A stretch of 64,000 bases of DNA from Candidatus Zhuqueibacterota bacterium (GCA_049322915.1 JBMOPW010000019.1:31774-95773), one strand, 5' to 3'; shown: positions 30,979 through 42,138, counted from the first letter of the stretch. The notes: generated by a model from the letters alone, not told the origin. Made by a program: numbers and translations.

Positions 30979-33900
30979 TTAAAATTCCGGACCCAATGAA
31001 ATATAATAATAAGGCCCATTGGTATAATTCGCCAGATCCGATGACCAGGCCACATCGAACTGGAAGACGAAAAATCCCATATTCATTCTGGCGCCGAAAC
31101 CATAGCCCAGGAAAATGTCATGCAATGCCGGCCAACCGCCGTCGGTGGAGGAAGAGCCTTTGAAATTGCTACCGTTCCAGGCTGCCCCGGTATCTGCGAA
31201 GAGAACACCCCGAATATTTTGGAATCCGATCGGCAAAGGCCATCCCATCAAAAAGTAGCGGATGAGTGGAAAACGAAATTCAAGATTGTTGATGAAAAAT
31301 CGATTGCCGGTCCGCTCATAATAGAATCCGCCTCGCATGGGCACTTCGAACGAGCTGAAATAAATATCATCCATATCGCTCACGCGCAGACCATTTCTGG
31401 TCTTGTAATTGAGCCAGCCGGAGGTCCCACCCAGGAAGAACTGCTGCGCCTGACTGCCTTCGCTCAGGCCGCCGGTCAATCGGAAGACGAAATTATAATC
31501 GCGTCCAATTTTCAGATATTTTCGATAATCCATTTTCATAGTCAAGAAATTTATGCTGTTGGCGCCAATATCCGGACTGTAGGTCAGACCAATGGAATAT
31601 CGATTCCCATTTTCAGGGCCGGTCTCTCCCCACAGAACAGTATCGTTCACCAGCGATACTCCGGACAAAAGCAGCCGACGTTTTTCGGTATAGTTGGTAT
31701 CCCACTGGAGGAATTCCCGATCGATGTTCAACCAGGTCAGACTTGAATTGACCCGTTTGAATTTGGAGAAGGGTCGCGACATAAAGAAGTTCGCGCCATA
31801 GTATCTGTCGCGCGCCCAACCAATGCCATAATCATAAATATAATAGTGATAAGCGTAGTGATAAGCGCCAATGCCAAAATCCGTCTGCTGCGGCAGGAAG
31901 AAATATGTGGCCTCATAATTCGAATTGCGCAGATCATAAAACAGGTTCGTGTAGATATTGATTCGGTGATTTCCCAGCACATCGGACAGGGCAATCTGCG
32001 TCATTCCCTGGACACCGTAGAATTGGCTGTAGTTGGCGTTCCCATAGATGATGTCCGGCGAAAATTTAATCTTGTACTTGCTGATTTTATAATCACCGCT
32101 GGTGAACTTGTAATCGCTCGAATCCAGAAATACGGTCTTTTTCGGTTCGTCGACTTTGACATTGCCCTCTTTGAAGTTCTTGTCGAAAACAAAATTCCTG
32201 AATACATTATCCTCGCCCTCTTTGCCTTTCCTGAGCCTCGGCCGCAATGACTGGGCGTATCGGGTTTCCCGTAAATGCTTATTCTTGGCGATGAAATTTG
32301 TCTCTTCAAGCTGAACAGTGCCGGGGCTGATTTTCAACGGATTCCTGAGCAGGTAGATATCGTACCCGGCATTGTAGAATGAGGCGAACGCCAATTTATT
32401 TCCATCGCCCTGCCACGAAAGATTGAAGATTCCGGTGATGACATTGGTGATGGGGAAATTCATTCGGGATTGCATGTCGTATATGTACACATTATAAATG
32501 CCGCTTTCGTCGCTCACATACGCCAGCCTGTCGCCTTTGGGAGAGAATACAGGAGACGCCTCCAGCCAGGGTGTCGCTGTGATGCGTTCAAGCTGTTTGG
32601 ATTCGATATTCACGGTGTAAATATCGTGGTTGCGGTACTGGTGCTCGTGTACCTTCACCTCCTGGCTCCATTGCTCTTCGTGAATACAATCGCCGCGGTC
32701 GCTCACAAACACAATTCTTTTCCCATCCGGCGACCACTGCGGCTGGAAATCACTGAAGACGTCATTGGTGAGACGTGTCAAACTATCCGTCTTCAGGTTG
32801 TAGATATAAATATCACCCTGTCCATGCTTAATCCCCATAAACGCAATTTCATCCCCCTGAGGAGACCAGCTCGGCGTAAACACACCGTCCAGATCAGGTT
32901 CAATTTGTCGGGTGATTTGTTTCTCTTTCACATTGACAATATTCAACGCATCGTTTCCGCCGGCTTTGGAAGCAAAGACGATGAATTTGGAATTGGGAGA
33001 CCAGCTAATTCCCACGCGCAACCAGTGGAGTTCTTCCAGATCTGCCGTCTGCTGACCGCTCACCAGTTTATCCATGACTTTCCCGTCGATGGCGCTCAGC
33101 AGATAGATGTCAAAATAACCGGAGCGATCGGAGAGAAATGCAATTTTATCGCCTTTGGGCGACAGCGCCGGGCCGCTGTTCACAAAGTTGCGCCATTTGG
33201 TATGGTCGGTCAGCTTCTTGGCAAACTCTTCCGGTTCCTTGCGATCCGCGATATCCGGCCAATATTCCCGCTTCAAATACATGTGCCATTTTTTAGTGAG
33301 GTCTTCGGTATCAACGCCAATCGCCTGCTTCAATCCCCGCTCGAAGCTCTTATTGACCTTGACCTTGCCCAGAAGCTCCCCGATTTTTTCTCCGCCGTAT
33401 TTTTGAGACAAAAAGTACAGCACAGACTGTCCGCCTTTATAGGCCATAAATCCATAGAGATAATCCACCGGGGGAATGTAGCCGTTCAGCGTCGCATCGC
33501 GGATGTACATATCGCTTTCGGTATCCCAACCGCGGCTTTCATACTCGGCCAGACCCTCAATCAACCACAGGGGAAGTTGCAGACGCGCCATGCCGGTGAT
33601 GATGGACTGCACTCCGGCGCCGTACACCATTTGCAACATCACCGCATGCGTCAGTTCGTGGTGAATCACATGGCGAAATTTTTCCCACTCACCTTCGTAG
33701 GGCACGACCACCCGGTTCTTGAAGAACTCCGTGAAGCCGCCGACAGACTCCTCTGGCGCATTGAGATCGACATTGGTCTGCTCAAAATCGTTGTGGCTGT
33801 TATGGACGATGAGGGTAATTCGATCCACAATCTCGTAGCGCAAATCAGCTTTCAACTGGAGGTAACTCTCCTCTGCCACTTCGGCAGCGAATTCCGCTAT

Positions 33901-34065
33901 CGATTCTCCACCGTCCGTGAAATAAATATCAAAGTGTTCGGACTGCAGATACTGCCAGTGAAATGTATTGTATTGAACTTTGTTCTTGCCAAAATACTGC
34001 CCCGATGATTCTCCCGGCGCCATCATGACACCGATCATCAGTAACCATAATATTTTTTTCATCAC
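30979..34065 (-). CDS. Peptidase MA-like (HEXXH) + TolB/PD40 propeller + BamA-type barrel protein
   Basis: YFGKNKVQY, HELTH, WLIEGLAEY, repeated WSP.G, C-terminal Phe. Confidence 0.85.
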   Translation of the reverse strand: MMKKILWLLMIGVMMAPGESSGQYFGKNKVQYNTFHWQYLQSEHFDIYFTDGGESIAEFAAEVAEESYLQLKADLRYEIVDRITLIVHNSHNDFEQTNVDLNAPEESVGGFTEFFKNRVVVPYEGEWEKFRHVIHHELTHAVMLQMVYGAGVQSIITGMARLQLPLWLIEGLAEYESRGWDTESDMYIRDATLNGYIPPVDYLYGFMAYKGGQSVLYFLSQKYGGEKIGELLGKVKVNKSFERGLKQAIGVDTEDLTKKWHMYLKREYWPDIADRKEPEEFAKKLTDHTKWRNFVNSGPALSPKGDKIAFLSDRSGYFDIYLLSAIDGKVMDKLVSGQQTADLEELHWLRVGISWSPNSKFIVFASKAGGNDALNIVNVKEKQITRQIEPDLDGVFTPSWSPQGDEIAFMGIKHGQGDIYIYNLKTDSLTRLTNDVFSDFQPQWSPDGKRIVFVSDRGDCIHEEQWSQEVKVHEHQYRNHDIYTVNIESKQLERITATPWLEASPVFSPKGDRLAYVSDESGIYNVYIYDMQSRMNFPITNVITGIFNLSWQGDGNKLAFASFYNAGYDIYLLRNPLKISPGTVQLEETNFIAKNKHLRETRYAQSLRPRLRKGKEGEDNVFRNFVFDKNFKEGNVKVDEPKKTVFLDSSDYKFTSGDYKISKYKIKFSPDIIYGNANYSQFYGVQGMTQIALSDVLGNHRINIYTNLFYDLRNSNYEATYFFLPQQTDFGIGAYHYAYHYYIYDYGIGWARDRYYGANFFMSRPFSKFKRVNSSLTWLNIDREFLQWDTNYTEKRRLLLSGVSLVNDTVLWGETGPENGNRYSIGLTYSPDIGANSINFLTMKMDYRKYLKIGRDYNFVFRLTGGLSEGSQAQQFFLGGTSGWLNYKTRNGLRVSDMDDIYFSSFEVPMRGGFYYERTGNRFFINNLEFRFPLIRYFLMGWPLPIGFQNIRGVLFADTGAAWNGSNFKGSSSTDGGWPALHDIFLGYGFGARMNMGFFVFQFDVAWSSDLANYTNGPYYYISLGPEF

Positions 34066-34274
34066 AATCTCCTCGCGAAATTGAATCGATTTTTCCCCAG
34101 TAAACCTGGTTCAATGAGATCCTATTCTATATAAAAATCGACTTTCCATTCGATTAAATTAGTTGTAAAATGTTAATTTATAGTATTGATGTATGCCTCG
34201 TCGGCATGAGATTGTTTAAACGATACGTCAAATAAATTGTTCAACAGTCAAGTTCGGCGTCCACTATAAAGCAT

Positions 34275-34301
34275 AATGGGCAGTCATTTGAACTGCCCAT
34301 T
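34275..34301 (-). terminator. Hairpin downstream of the ECF operon
   Basis: aatgggcagt / actgcccatt perfect 10-bp stem. Confidence 0.5.
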
Positions 34302-34320
34302 GCTATGAAGTGAACCTGAT

Positions 34321-35121
34321 TCATTTCACCTTTGGAGTCGATGATTTCGGAGTCTGCGGTTTTGTTGGCGTCGCCGTCGATTTAGTTGTGCCCGATTGCT
34401 GCGGCGGCCGGGCGATTTTTCCCTGCGTCGGGACATTGTTGCGCTTTATGGTGGCGCCTTTGTCGGTCGGCTTGGCATCCTCCTGTCCGGGATTTATAAT
34501 GGTTTTGATAACACTCTCCCTCTGATCCCTGGGTTTGTGTATGTCTCGTATTAACGACTTTGCCATTAAGCTCATATCCTGATCGCCATTATTGGCCATT
34601 TGCTTCAGCGTCGGGATCGCGCGTGAGTCGCGCAGTTTGCCCAGACTCAACGACGCCTGGTATTTCACTGTTTGATTGGATGCATTCAATTGTATTGCAA
34701 TGAATTCCTGGTAAGTCTTATCGCCTCGCCACGCCAGCTTTTCGGCCACACTGATCTGATACACCATTGCATCGTCCACAAAGGGACTCGTGGGATTGTT
34801 TTTCGCGAAGCGTTCGTACGCATCGAACGCATTTTTGTCGTCTTCTTTCTTTTCCAGAATATACGCGGACCAGAATTCAGCATCATCGACATATTTGCTA
34901 TCCGGGAAATTCTTCTTCAGCAATGCATAGCTCTCCAACGCCTGATCGTATTTTCGTTGATGCATCAGTCGTTTCGCTGAATAAAAAAGCTGTGTGCTTT
35001 CGTCCTGCGCAAAAATGCTCAACGGAAAAATAATTATGCAGACAGCGACAATTATTTTCCACTGCAAGCTGTTCATATTGCTCTGCTCCTGTAAAAATTT
35101 AAATTTTATTCTGGTTGACAT
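34321..35121 (-). CDS. BamD/TPR-like plus HEAT-repeat exported protein
   Basis: FPDSKYVDDAEFW repeats; A.LSLGKL.D.RAIP.L HEAT motif; Pro/Thr-rich tail. Confidence 0.7.
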   Translation of the reverse strand: MSTRIKFKFLQEQSNMNSLQWKIIVAVCIIIFPLSIFAQDESTQLFYSAKRLMHQRKYDQALESYALLKKNFPDSKYVDDAEFWSAYILEKKEDDKNAFDAYERFAKNNPTSPFVDDAMVYQISVAEKLAWRGDKTYQEFIAIQLNASNQTVKYQASLSLGKLRDSRAIPTLKQMANNGDQDMSLMAKSLIRDIHKPRDQRESVIKTIINPGQEDAKPTDKGATIKRNNVPTQGKIARPPQQSGTTKSTATPTKPQTPKSSTPKVK

Positions 35122-35860
35122 GCTTTATGCTGTACAGCAGATTGGTATCATCAAGCTGTTGCTTCAGACTCAAGACCGATTCGTCGAGCGATACCTGTTC
35201 AATATTACAAAGTTCGATGAGAATCAATTCAATTTGATTGAGCAAATTTTCCAGTTTTTCATCATGGCTGCTTCGGGCATGCTCCCGGCAGATCATTGTT
35301 TTTTGCAACAGCCTCCGGTATTCTGCAATCTTTTTTAAATCGAGAATTACAGAATGGTCATCAACCGGATCGAGATTGGCAACATCCAGAAGGACCATTT
35401 CTGCTTCCTGCAGATAGTTGTTCAGCAACAAACTCTCCACGGCAGCCGATGTCATTGTTGCGTTTTCCAGGCCGCCATTCTTCGTCAGACTTTCGGACTT
35501 CCAGAGTGTCATTTTCCCGATAAAAATTCCAATCACTAAAATGGCAAATGCTTCGGCGAACCGTATTCCGATGGTAGGGCGGGTGATGAATTTTTCTTTC
35601 AGGTGTTCAAGCTTGAAAGAAAATCGTTTGCCGCTGCCATACTTCTCTCTCAGCGCCCGGTGATATTGCTGCAACAGCTTTTTGTCGGGCTCCGGACGCC
35701 GGTATGTTTCGGCCACAGAGTTCACAAACTGTAGCTGATCTACCTGATCCCGGCATTGATCACACTCCGCCACGTGATGTTCATAATCCTGTCGCTGTTT
35801 CGCCGTCATCTCGTTGTAAACATAATCGACGGCTTCATATTTCCGCCTGCAAGGAATCAT
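35099..35860 (-). CDS. Zinc-binding anti-sigma factor (zf-HC2) with TM
   Basis: HVAECDQC HxxxCxxC motif; overlaps the sigma stop. Confidence 0.85.
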   Translation of the reverse strand: MIPCRRKYEAVDYVYNEMTAKQRQDYEHHVAECDQCRDQVDQLQFVNSVAETYRRPEPDKKLLQQYHRALREKYGSGKRFSFKLEHLKEKFITRPTIGIRFAEAFAILVIGIFIGKMTLWKSESLTKNGGLENATMTSAAVESLLLNNYLQEAEMVLLDVANLDPVDDHSVILDLKKIAEYRRLLQKTMICREHARSSHDEKLENLLNQIELILIELCNIEQVSLDESVLSLKQQLDDTNLLYSIKHVNQNKI

Positions 35861-36429
35861 CGTTCACCTTTAAGTTTATTTCTTAATTTTTGAGTCGCCC
35901 GTAAGATGTGCCCTCGCACAGTGATTGGGTCACATTGCAGAATTTCAGCGATCTCCGCTGTTGATTTATCATGAAAATGCTTCAAGACAAATGCCGCCCG
36001 TTGCTGCGGGGATAGCAGATCGATGAGACTCACAATCATATCCTTCAGATCGCTATCCTCGACTTTTTTATCAATGCTCGCATCGTTGTCTTTGAGCGTA
36101 TCGATCAGTTCGTAATCAACGTCATCTTTTAACGGCTGATTGAGTGACATGGCCTGTTTACGCTTTTTGCTCCGTTGAAAATCGATTGCCGCGTTGGTTG
36201 TGATGCGATATATCCAGGTCGAAAAAGTCGCTTCATCCCGAAACGAATTGATCTTTTGAAAAGCCCGAAGAAACGTATTTTGAGCCACATCTTGTGCATC
36301 ATAATAATTGCCCACCAAATCGTGCGCCAGGTACAAAACTTTGTTTTGATACTCTTTCACCAATTTTCCAAATGCCTGTCGGTCGCCCTGTTTCGCCTGT
36401 TCGACTAATTTATGCTCTTTATTTTCCAT
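35857..36429 (-). CDS. ECF RNA polymerase sigma factor
   Basis: AFGKLV, DAQDVAQ, FSTWIYRI, region 4 HTH. Confidence 0.92.
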   Translation of the reverse strand: MENKEHKLVEQAKQGDRQAFGKLVKEYQNKVLYLAHDLVGNYYDAQDVAQNTFLRAFQKINSFRDEATFSTWIYRITTNAAIDFQRSKKRKQAMSLNQPLKDDVDYELIDTLKDNDASIDKKVEDSDLKDMIVSLIDLLSPQQRAAFVLKHFHDKSTAEIAEILQCDPITVRGHILRATQKLRNKLKGER

Positions 36430-36903
36430 ACGATTCAGACTTTTGACGATTTGAATTCAATGATCGTTTAACATCCCGGGCAACTTTTATGGCTTCATGC
36501 TCGATGGACATTGAAAAATCCGGCCTCTGCCAACATTGAAAATTTGTCTCGCCCTTCCAGCGCCGAATTTCAAGATATGAAATTCGGTTGTGAACAACAG
36601 CCATGATGCCTGTGCCGGACCATCCCTGGATTGTGATTGTCCTGGCTTGACTCTGAAAGTGAATAGAACCAAGGCTCAAATAAATTTTGATTCACCTCTG
36701 CCCTACCTGGTCAGCGGAATTGAATTTCTCAAAATACTAAATTTCATTCATTTTATCAATTTAAATTTAATGGATTTCATTATTTATTTAAAAAATTTTA
36801 CTTGCATTCAAGAAATAATTTTAATATTTTGTGTATACAAATTCAAGATGGGATTGGTTGCCACGATGCCATCCCCAAATTTGCTCACCTATTTAGCGCA
36901 TTA

Positions 36904-38178
36904 ATGAAAAGAATATTAGCGATAATCCTGGCTGGCGGTCGTGTCGATGAGCTTTCGGTGCTCACATTGAATCGACCCAAGTCAGCCGTGCCTTTTGGAG
37001 GCATGTACCGAATTATTGATTTCCCGCTCAGCAATCTCATGCATTCGGGAATCGAAAAAGTCGGTGTTCTTTCTCAATACCACTCGTCATCCCTTGTGCG
37101 CCATATTGGAATTGGCAGTTCCTGGGATATGGTCGGACGAGACAGAGGCGTCATGGTGTTGCCGCCATTCAAGGCAGCCAGCAATTCGGACTGGTACAAA
37201 GGCACTGCCGACGCCGTTTCTCAGAATCTTCAGTTCATCGAAGAATTTGAGCCGGACCTGGTCCTGATTTTATCCGGTGACCATATTTATCATCTGGACT
37301 ACAATGAAGTGATTGACTACCATCTGACAAAAAAGGCCGATGTTACCGCGGTTTTCAAGCAGGTGCCGCTCAATACCGCGCATCGATTTGGCGTCGCATC
37401 CATCGACGACGAAGATGGTCATTCCGGTGGCCGCATCACGGCCTATCACGAGAAACCAACGCAGCCAACGTCCTCATGGGCGTCGTTGACAATCTACATT
37501 TTCAATACGGATGTTTTGAAAAGGTGTTTGCTCCAATTTGCAAACAATTCCAAATCATTCGAATTTGGGCAGCATATTCTTCCCCGGTTAGTGCCAACGA
37601 ATCGCCTGTATGGCTATAAATTTTATGACTATTGGGGTTACTCCCGAACGATTCCGGAATACTGGAGCGCCAATATGGATCTGTTGGCCGATGAACCGCT
37701 CATTGATCTGGCCAAATGGCAGGTACGCACCAATCTGGATCATCGCAATTTGAAAGATAGGACGCCGAGCATCATCTCCGAGACTGCCGCCATTGAAGAC
37801 AGTATCGTCTATACCGGGGCGGTCATTGAGGGAAGTGTCACGCACTCAGTCATTTTTCCCGGCGTCCGAATTGAAGCCGGCGCCAGGGTTTCCAATTCCG
37901 TGGTCATGTTTGACACAATAATTAAAAAAGGTTCAACTCTTAATAAAACAATATTAGATACCGATATATGCGTGGGTGAAAACTGTACGATCGGAGAAGC
38001 GAGCGCCGAAGGCCAGGCGCACGCTTCCGATCTGATAAAAATTGACGGGATTACGGTGGTCGGGCAGCATGTTACTTTACCAGCCAACATGGTGATTGGT
38101 GCAAATTGCATTATCAATCCCCACAAAAAAGAAAACGAATTTAAGGAGAAATTCATTCCGTCAGGGAAATTGTTATGA
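36904..38178 (+). CDS. Glucose-1-phosphate adenylyltransferase family protein with degenerate Gly-loop (GlgD-like)
   Basis: PKSAVPFGG, WYKGTADA, LSGDH, EKP; GGRVDEL replaces GGxGxRL; start placed at ATG 36904. Confidence 0.8.
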   Translation: MKRILAIILAGGRVDELSVLTLNRPKSAVPFGGMYRIIDFPLSNLMHSGIEKVGVLSQYHSSSLVRHIGIGSSWDMVGRDRGVMVLPPFKAASNSDWYKGTADAVSQNLQFIEEFEPDLVLILSGDHIYHLDYNEVIDYHLTKKADVTAVFKQVPLNTAHRFGVASIDDEDGHSGGRITAYHEKPTQPTSSWASLTIYIFNTDVLKRCLLQFANNSKSFEFGQHILPRLVPTNRLYGYKFYDYWGYSRTIPEYWSANMDLLADEPLIDLAKWQVRTNLDHRNLKDRTPSIISETAAIEDSIVYTGAVIEGSVTHSVIFPGVRIEAGARVSNSVVMFDTIIKKGSTLNKTILDTDICVGENCTIGEASAEGQAHASDLIKIDGITVVGQHVTLPANMVIGANCIINPHKKENEFKEKFIPSGKLL

Positions 38179-39428
38179 TGAAGGATACGCTTGCCATGCT
38201 ATTAGCTGGAGGTGTGGGAAGTCGTTTGAATGTATTAGCCCGACTCAGAGCCAAACCGGCAGTCCCGTTTGGCGGCATCTATCGCATCATCGATTTTACA
38301 CTCAGCAACATCATGAATTCTGGGATTGATCATGTCGGTATATTGACACAGTACAAACCATTTTCATTGATGAAACATATCGGAGTTGGCGCTCCCTGGG
38401 ATTTTATTGGACGAAAGCGTGGCGTGAAAATTCTTCCGCCGCAGCAGGGGGAGAAAGACTCCGACTGGTATCAGGGCACTGCCGATGCCATTGCGCAAAA
38501 TCTCGATTACATTGAACGGCATTCACCGCATCATACGCTCATTCTTTCCGGTGATCATATCTATTACATGGACTATCAGGCCATGGTTAAATTTCATCAG
38601 GAGAGCAACGCCGATGTGACGATTGCCGTGCGCGAGGTGCCGATCGAAACCGCGCATCACTTTGGCATCGCCATTGTGGATGCGGAACAACAAATCATTG
38701 CCTGGGAAGAGAAACCCCTGAAGCCGAAAAGCAATCTCGCTTCCATGGGGATTTACGTGTTCAACACGCAGTTCCTGATTGAGGCGCTCAAACATCGCAG
38801 CGGGCATGACTTTGGGAAGAACGTCATTCCGGACAGCATTCTCTCCCATCGCGTCATGGCGTATCGCTTCAGCGGTTACTGGCAGGATGTGGGAACGCTG
38901 CATTCCTATTGGGAGGCGAACATGGATTTGTTGAACCCACAGTCTGACCTGAAAATTCAAGACTGGAAATGCCGCACAAATTTGGAGGAAGAGGGAATTT
39001 TAGGTGATTGGCCACCGAGCCGAATTGGATGCTGCGCGCGGATTCAAAATTCCATCATTTCGCCCCAATGCAAGGTTGAGGGGGATGTCTTCCACTCTAT
39101 TTTATCTCCGGATGTGGCCATCAACAAAGGTGCGGTCGTGCGCAACTCCGTGATTATGCACCATTGTGTCATTGGAGAAAATTGCCAGATCGAAGGCGTG
39201 ATCATGGATAAAGGCGTGGTAGTCGGGCCGAACAGCACCATCGGTCTGGGGACTAATGACCGGCCCAATCAGAAATTTCCGAGTCATCTGGACAGCGGTC
39301 TCACCGTGATCGGGAAAAATAGCCGCATCCCGGCCGGGGTGTCCATCGGGAAGAATTGTATTATCAATACCATGAGCAAAGAGGATAAATTTTCGGCACA
39401 TACAATTCCATGTGGATCGACGATATAA
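38175..39428 (+). CDS. glgC: Glucose-1-phosphate adenylyltransferase
   Basis: LAGGVGSRL, AKPAVPFGG, GTADA, LSGDH, EEKP, YWQDVG. Confidence 0.9.
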   Translation: MMKDTLAMLLAGGVGSRLNVLARLRAKPAVPFGGIYRIIDFTLSNIMNSGIDHVGILTQYKPFSLMKHIGVGAPWDFIGRKRGVKILPPQQGEKDSDWYQGTADAIAQNLDYIERHSPHHTLILSGDHIYYMDYQAMVKFHQESNADVTIAVREVPIETAHHFGIAIVDAEQQIIAWEEKPLKPKSNLASMGIYVFNTQFLIEALKHRSGHDFGKNVIPDSILSHRVMAYRFSGYWQDVGTLHSYWEANMDLLNPQSDLKIQDWKCRTNLEEEGILGDWPPSRIGCCARIQNSIISPQCKVEGDVFHSILSPDVAINKGAVVRNSVIMHHCVIGENCQIEGVIMDKGVVVGPNSTIGLGTNDRPNQKFPSHLDSGLTVIGKNSRIPAGVSIGKNCIINTMSKEDKFSAHTIPCGSTI

Positions 39429-39598
39429 TTTGCCCCAGAATTTGTCTAAATTCATGGAGAAACTCTGAATTTACTCTCAGGAGAGAAGCGAACAGAAATC
39501 ATCGTTTATAAAAAATAAAGCCTATTCCATTAAACTTACGAGGGAGGGAAAAAAGTAATTAACCTGCGTTAAGTTTAATCTCAACAGGAGCATCTCAC

Positions 39599-42091
39599 GT
39601 GATCGGCGTAATCATGGCTGGTGGATTCGGCACCCGGCTCAAACCTCTGACCTGCAACATACCCAAACCAATGGTTCCCATGGTTAACCGCCCAATAATG
39701 GAACACATTGTTAATTTATTGAAACACTACAGCATTACCGAGACTATCTCTCTCCTCTTTCATCAACCTGAAAAAATTACCAGCTATTTCGGCGACGGCT
39801 CACGACTGGGCGTTGACATGATGTACATCCAGGCCGTGGAAGATTACGGCACGGCCGGAAGCGTTAAAAAAGCTGCAAAATTTTTGAAGGATCCCTTCGT
39901 TGTCATTTCTGGCGATGTGCTCACGGATATCGACCTCTCGTCCGCCATTCATTTCCACAAACAGAAAAAGGCTGCCGCCACGCTCATTCTCACCCGCGTG
40001 AAAAATCCGCTGCCTTTCGGGATTGTATTCACGGACAGCGACAGCAAAATCGTCCGCTTTTTTGAGAAGCCAACCTGGGGCCAGGTGTTCAGCGACACCA
40101 TCAACACGGGCATCTACATTCTGGAACCCGAAGTCCTGAATTTCATTCCGGAAAAGACCTCGTTCGATTTCAGCAAGGATTTGTTCCCACTATTATTGAG
40201 CGAAAACAAACCTCTTTACGGTTATATTTCTGATCGCTACTGGAAGGACGTCGGCGATGTCAATGAATACAGGCAAGCGCACCAGGACTGCCTCAAGGAA
40301 GAGATACTTCTCGAATCATTAGGCAAACAGAAACAGCCCAATGTATGGGTTGGCGATAATTGTGAATTAGCCGACAATATCACATTCGATGGCAAGGTTG
40401 TGATAGGCCAGAATTGCAAAATTGCCGGCGATGTCGTTCTATCCAACTCGGTCATCGGCGACAATTGCCGAATCGATGCCGCCTGCGATATCAGCAATTC
40501 AGTGCTGTGGGATCACATCGTCTTAGGTAAAAAAGTGAAACTCCAGCACGACGTCGTCGCCTCCGGCAGCATTTTGATGGACAATACTTACGTGCTGGAA
40601 AATGTCGTAGTCAGTGAGAATTGCTCCATCGGTAAAAATGCATCCATTCGCTCCAATGTGAAAATCTGGCCCGATAAAATCGTGGATGATGGCTCCGTCC
40701 TGACGACCAGCCTTGTCTGGGGCGACCACTGGTTCCGCGAGTTGTTCACCTATTCCCGAATCACCGGCATCGCCAATTCTGAAATTTCACCGGAGTTCGC
40801 AGCCAAGGTCGGCGCCGCGTACGGCGCGTTCATCGGCGCGAACAACAGCGTCGTCAGCAGCCGCGATGCTTCGGACGCCGCGAAAATGATCAGCCGCGCA
40901 CTGAACAGTGGATTCATGTCTGTCGGTGTGCACATCAAAGATTTCCGCGTGATGCCCATCCCGGTGGTCCGCTATGGCCTTCGCTCCGGCATCGAGAAGG
41001 GCGGGGTTCATATTCGCAAATCGCCGTTTGACGATAAACTCATTGACATCATCTTCTTCGACGACGACGGTCGCGATTTGCAGATAGGCAAGACCAAAGC
41101 TGTGGAGCGGCTTTTCTTCCGTGAGGACTTCCGGCGGGCGGCGTACAATCAGATCGGACGAAGCGATTATTCGGTCAGCGTCATCGAGCCTTACACCGAA
41201 GATTACCTGGCCCATCTGGACATTGCCAGCATCGAGAAGGCGAACTACAAGATTGTCGTGGATTATTCCCATGGCGCAGCCACGACCGCCCTGCCAAAAA
41301 TTTTGGGTTCGCTGAATTGCGAGGTAGTGTCGCTCAATGCCTTTCTGGAGGAGAGCAAACTCAGCCGGGATAAAGAAAAATTCGATAAAAGCATGAACCG
41401 GCTATCCACCATCGTAACATCGCTGGAAGCGGACATTGGGTTCCTCATGGATGCCGGCGTCGAGAAGCTGTTCGTGGTCGACGAGAAGGGCAGGATCATC
41501 ACGTCCGACCGGCTGCTGGTGCTGCTCACCAAGCTGCTGATCGAAGCAAATTGTCCGCGCAAAATTGCCGTGCCGGTCACTGCGTCCCGGCAAATTGAAG
41601 AGCTCTGCACGCCGAACAAAATTCAGGTTGTGAGAACCGCCAACCGCGCCCGCGCCATTGTGGACGCCGATTTCAAACACGACGTCCAGTATGCCGGCGA
41701 TACCCAGGGCGGCTTCATTTTCTCCCATTTTCTCTTCGCCTTTGACGCGATGTTCACCATGGGGAAAATACTCGAACTCATGGCGCGATGCCACATCCGC
41801 TTTGGCGAACTGCACGATTCCGTCCCCAAATTAGCGCTGCGAAAAATCAATGTGCCCTGTCCCTGGGACGCCAAAGGGCGAGTGATGCGCCGATTGATGG
41901 AGGACACGGAAAAGTTCAGGCGCGAGTTGATTGACGGAATAAAAATCTTCCATGATAACGACTGGGTGCTTGTGCTGCCGGATACAGAACGGCCGATATT
42001 CCACGTCAATGCTGAGGCCAGCGATGAAGAAACCGCCGAGGCTATGGTTAAGGAATATCAGGCTAAGATTTTGAGGTGGATCAATGAATAG
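39599..42091 (+). CDS. Mannose-1-phosphate guanylyltransferase / LbH / phosphomannomutase-like fusion
   Basis: MAGGFGTRL..PKPM, FFEKP, YWKDVG; hexapeptide repeats; PGM/PMM domains. Confidence 0.85.
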   Translation: MIGVIMAGGFGTRLKPLTCNIPKPMVPMVNRPIMEHIVNLLKHYSITETISLLFHQPEKITSYFGDGSRLGVDMMYIQAVEDYGTAGSVKKAAKFLKDPFVVISGDVLTDIDLSSAIHFHKQKKAAATLILTRVKNPLPFGIVFTDSDSKIVRFFEKPTWGQVFSDTINTGIYILEPEVLNFIPEKTSFDFSKDLFPLLLSENKPLYGYISDRYWKDVGDVNEYRQAHQDCLKEEILLESLGKQKQPNVWVGDNCELADNITFDGKVVIGQNCKIAGDVVLSNSVIGDNCRIDAACDISNSVLWDHIVLGKKVKLQHDVVASGSILMDNTYVLENVVVSENCSIGKNASIRSNVKIWPDKIVDDGSVLTTSLVWGDHWFRELFTYSRITGIANSEISPEFAAKVGAAYGAFIGANNSVVSSRDASDAAKMISRALNSGFMSVGVHIKDFRVMPIPVVRYGLRSGIEKGGVHIRKSPFDDKLIDIIFFDDDGRDLQIGKTKAVERLFFREDFRRAAYNQIGRSDYSVSVIEPYTEDYLAHLDIASIEKANYKIVVDYSHGAATTALPKILGSLNCEVVSLNAFLEESKLSRDKEKFDKSMNRLSTIVTSLEADIGFLMDAGVEKLFVVDEKGRIITSDRLLVLLTKLLIEANCPRKIAVPVTASRQIEELCTPNKIQVVRTANRARAIVDADFKHDVQYAGDTQGGFIFSHFLFAFDAMFTMGKILELMARCHIRFGELHDSVPKLALRKINVPCPWDAKGRVMRRLMEDTEKFRRELIDGIKIFHDNDWVLVLPDTERPIFHVNAEASDEETAEAMVKEYQAKILRWINE

Positions 42092-42138
42092 TTAGCCAAT
42101 GCTAGCGTGATTGCAGGTAGAGAACTTTTACATTTGAT

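Noticed and set aside
32470..34008. 512-aa plus-strand ORF
   Set aside because: Antisense shadow of the well-supported peptidase/TolB/BamA gene
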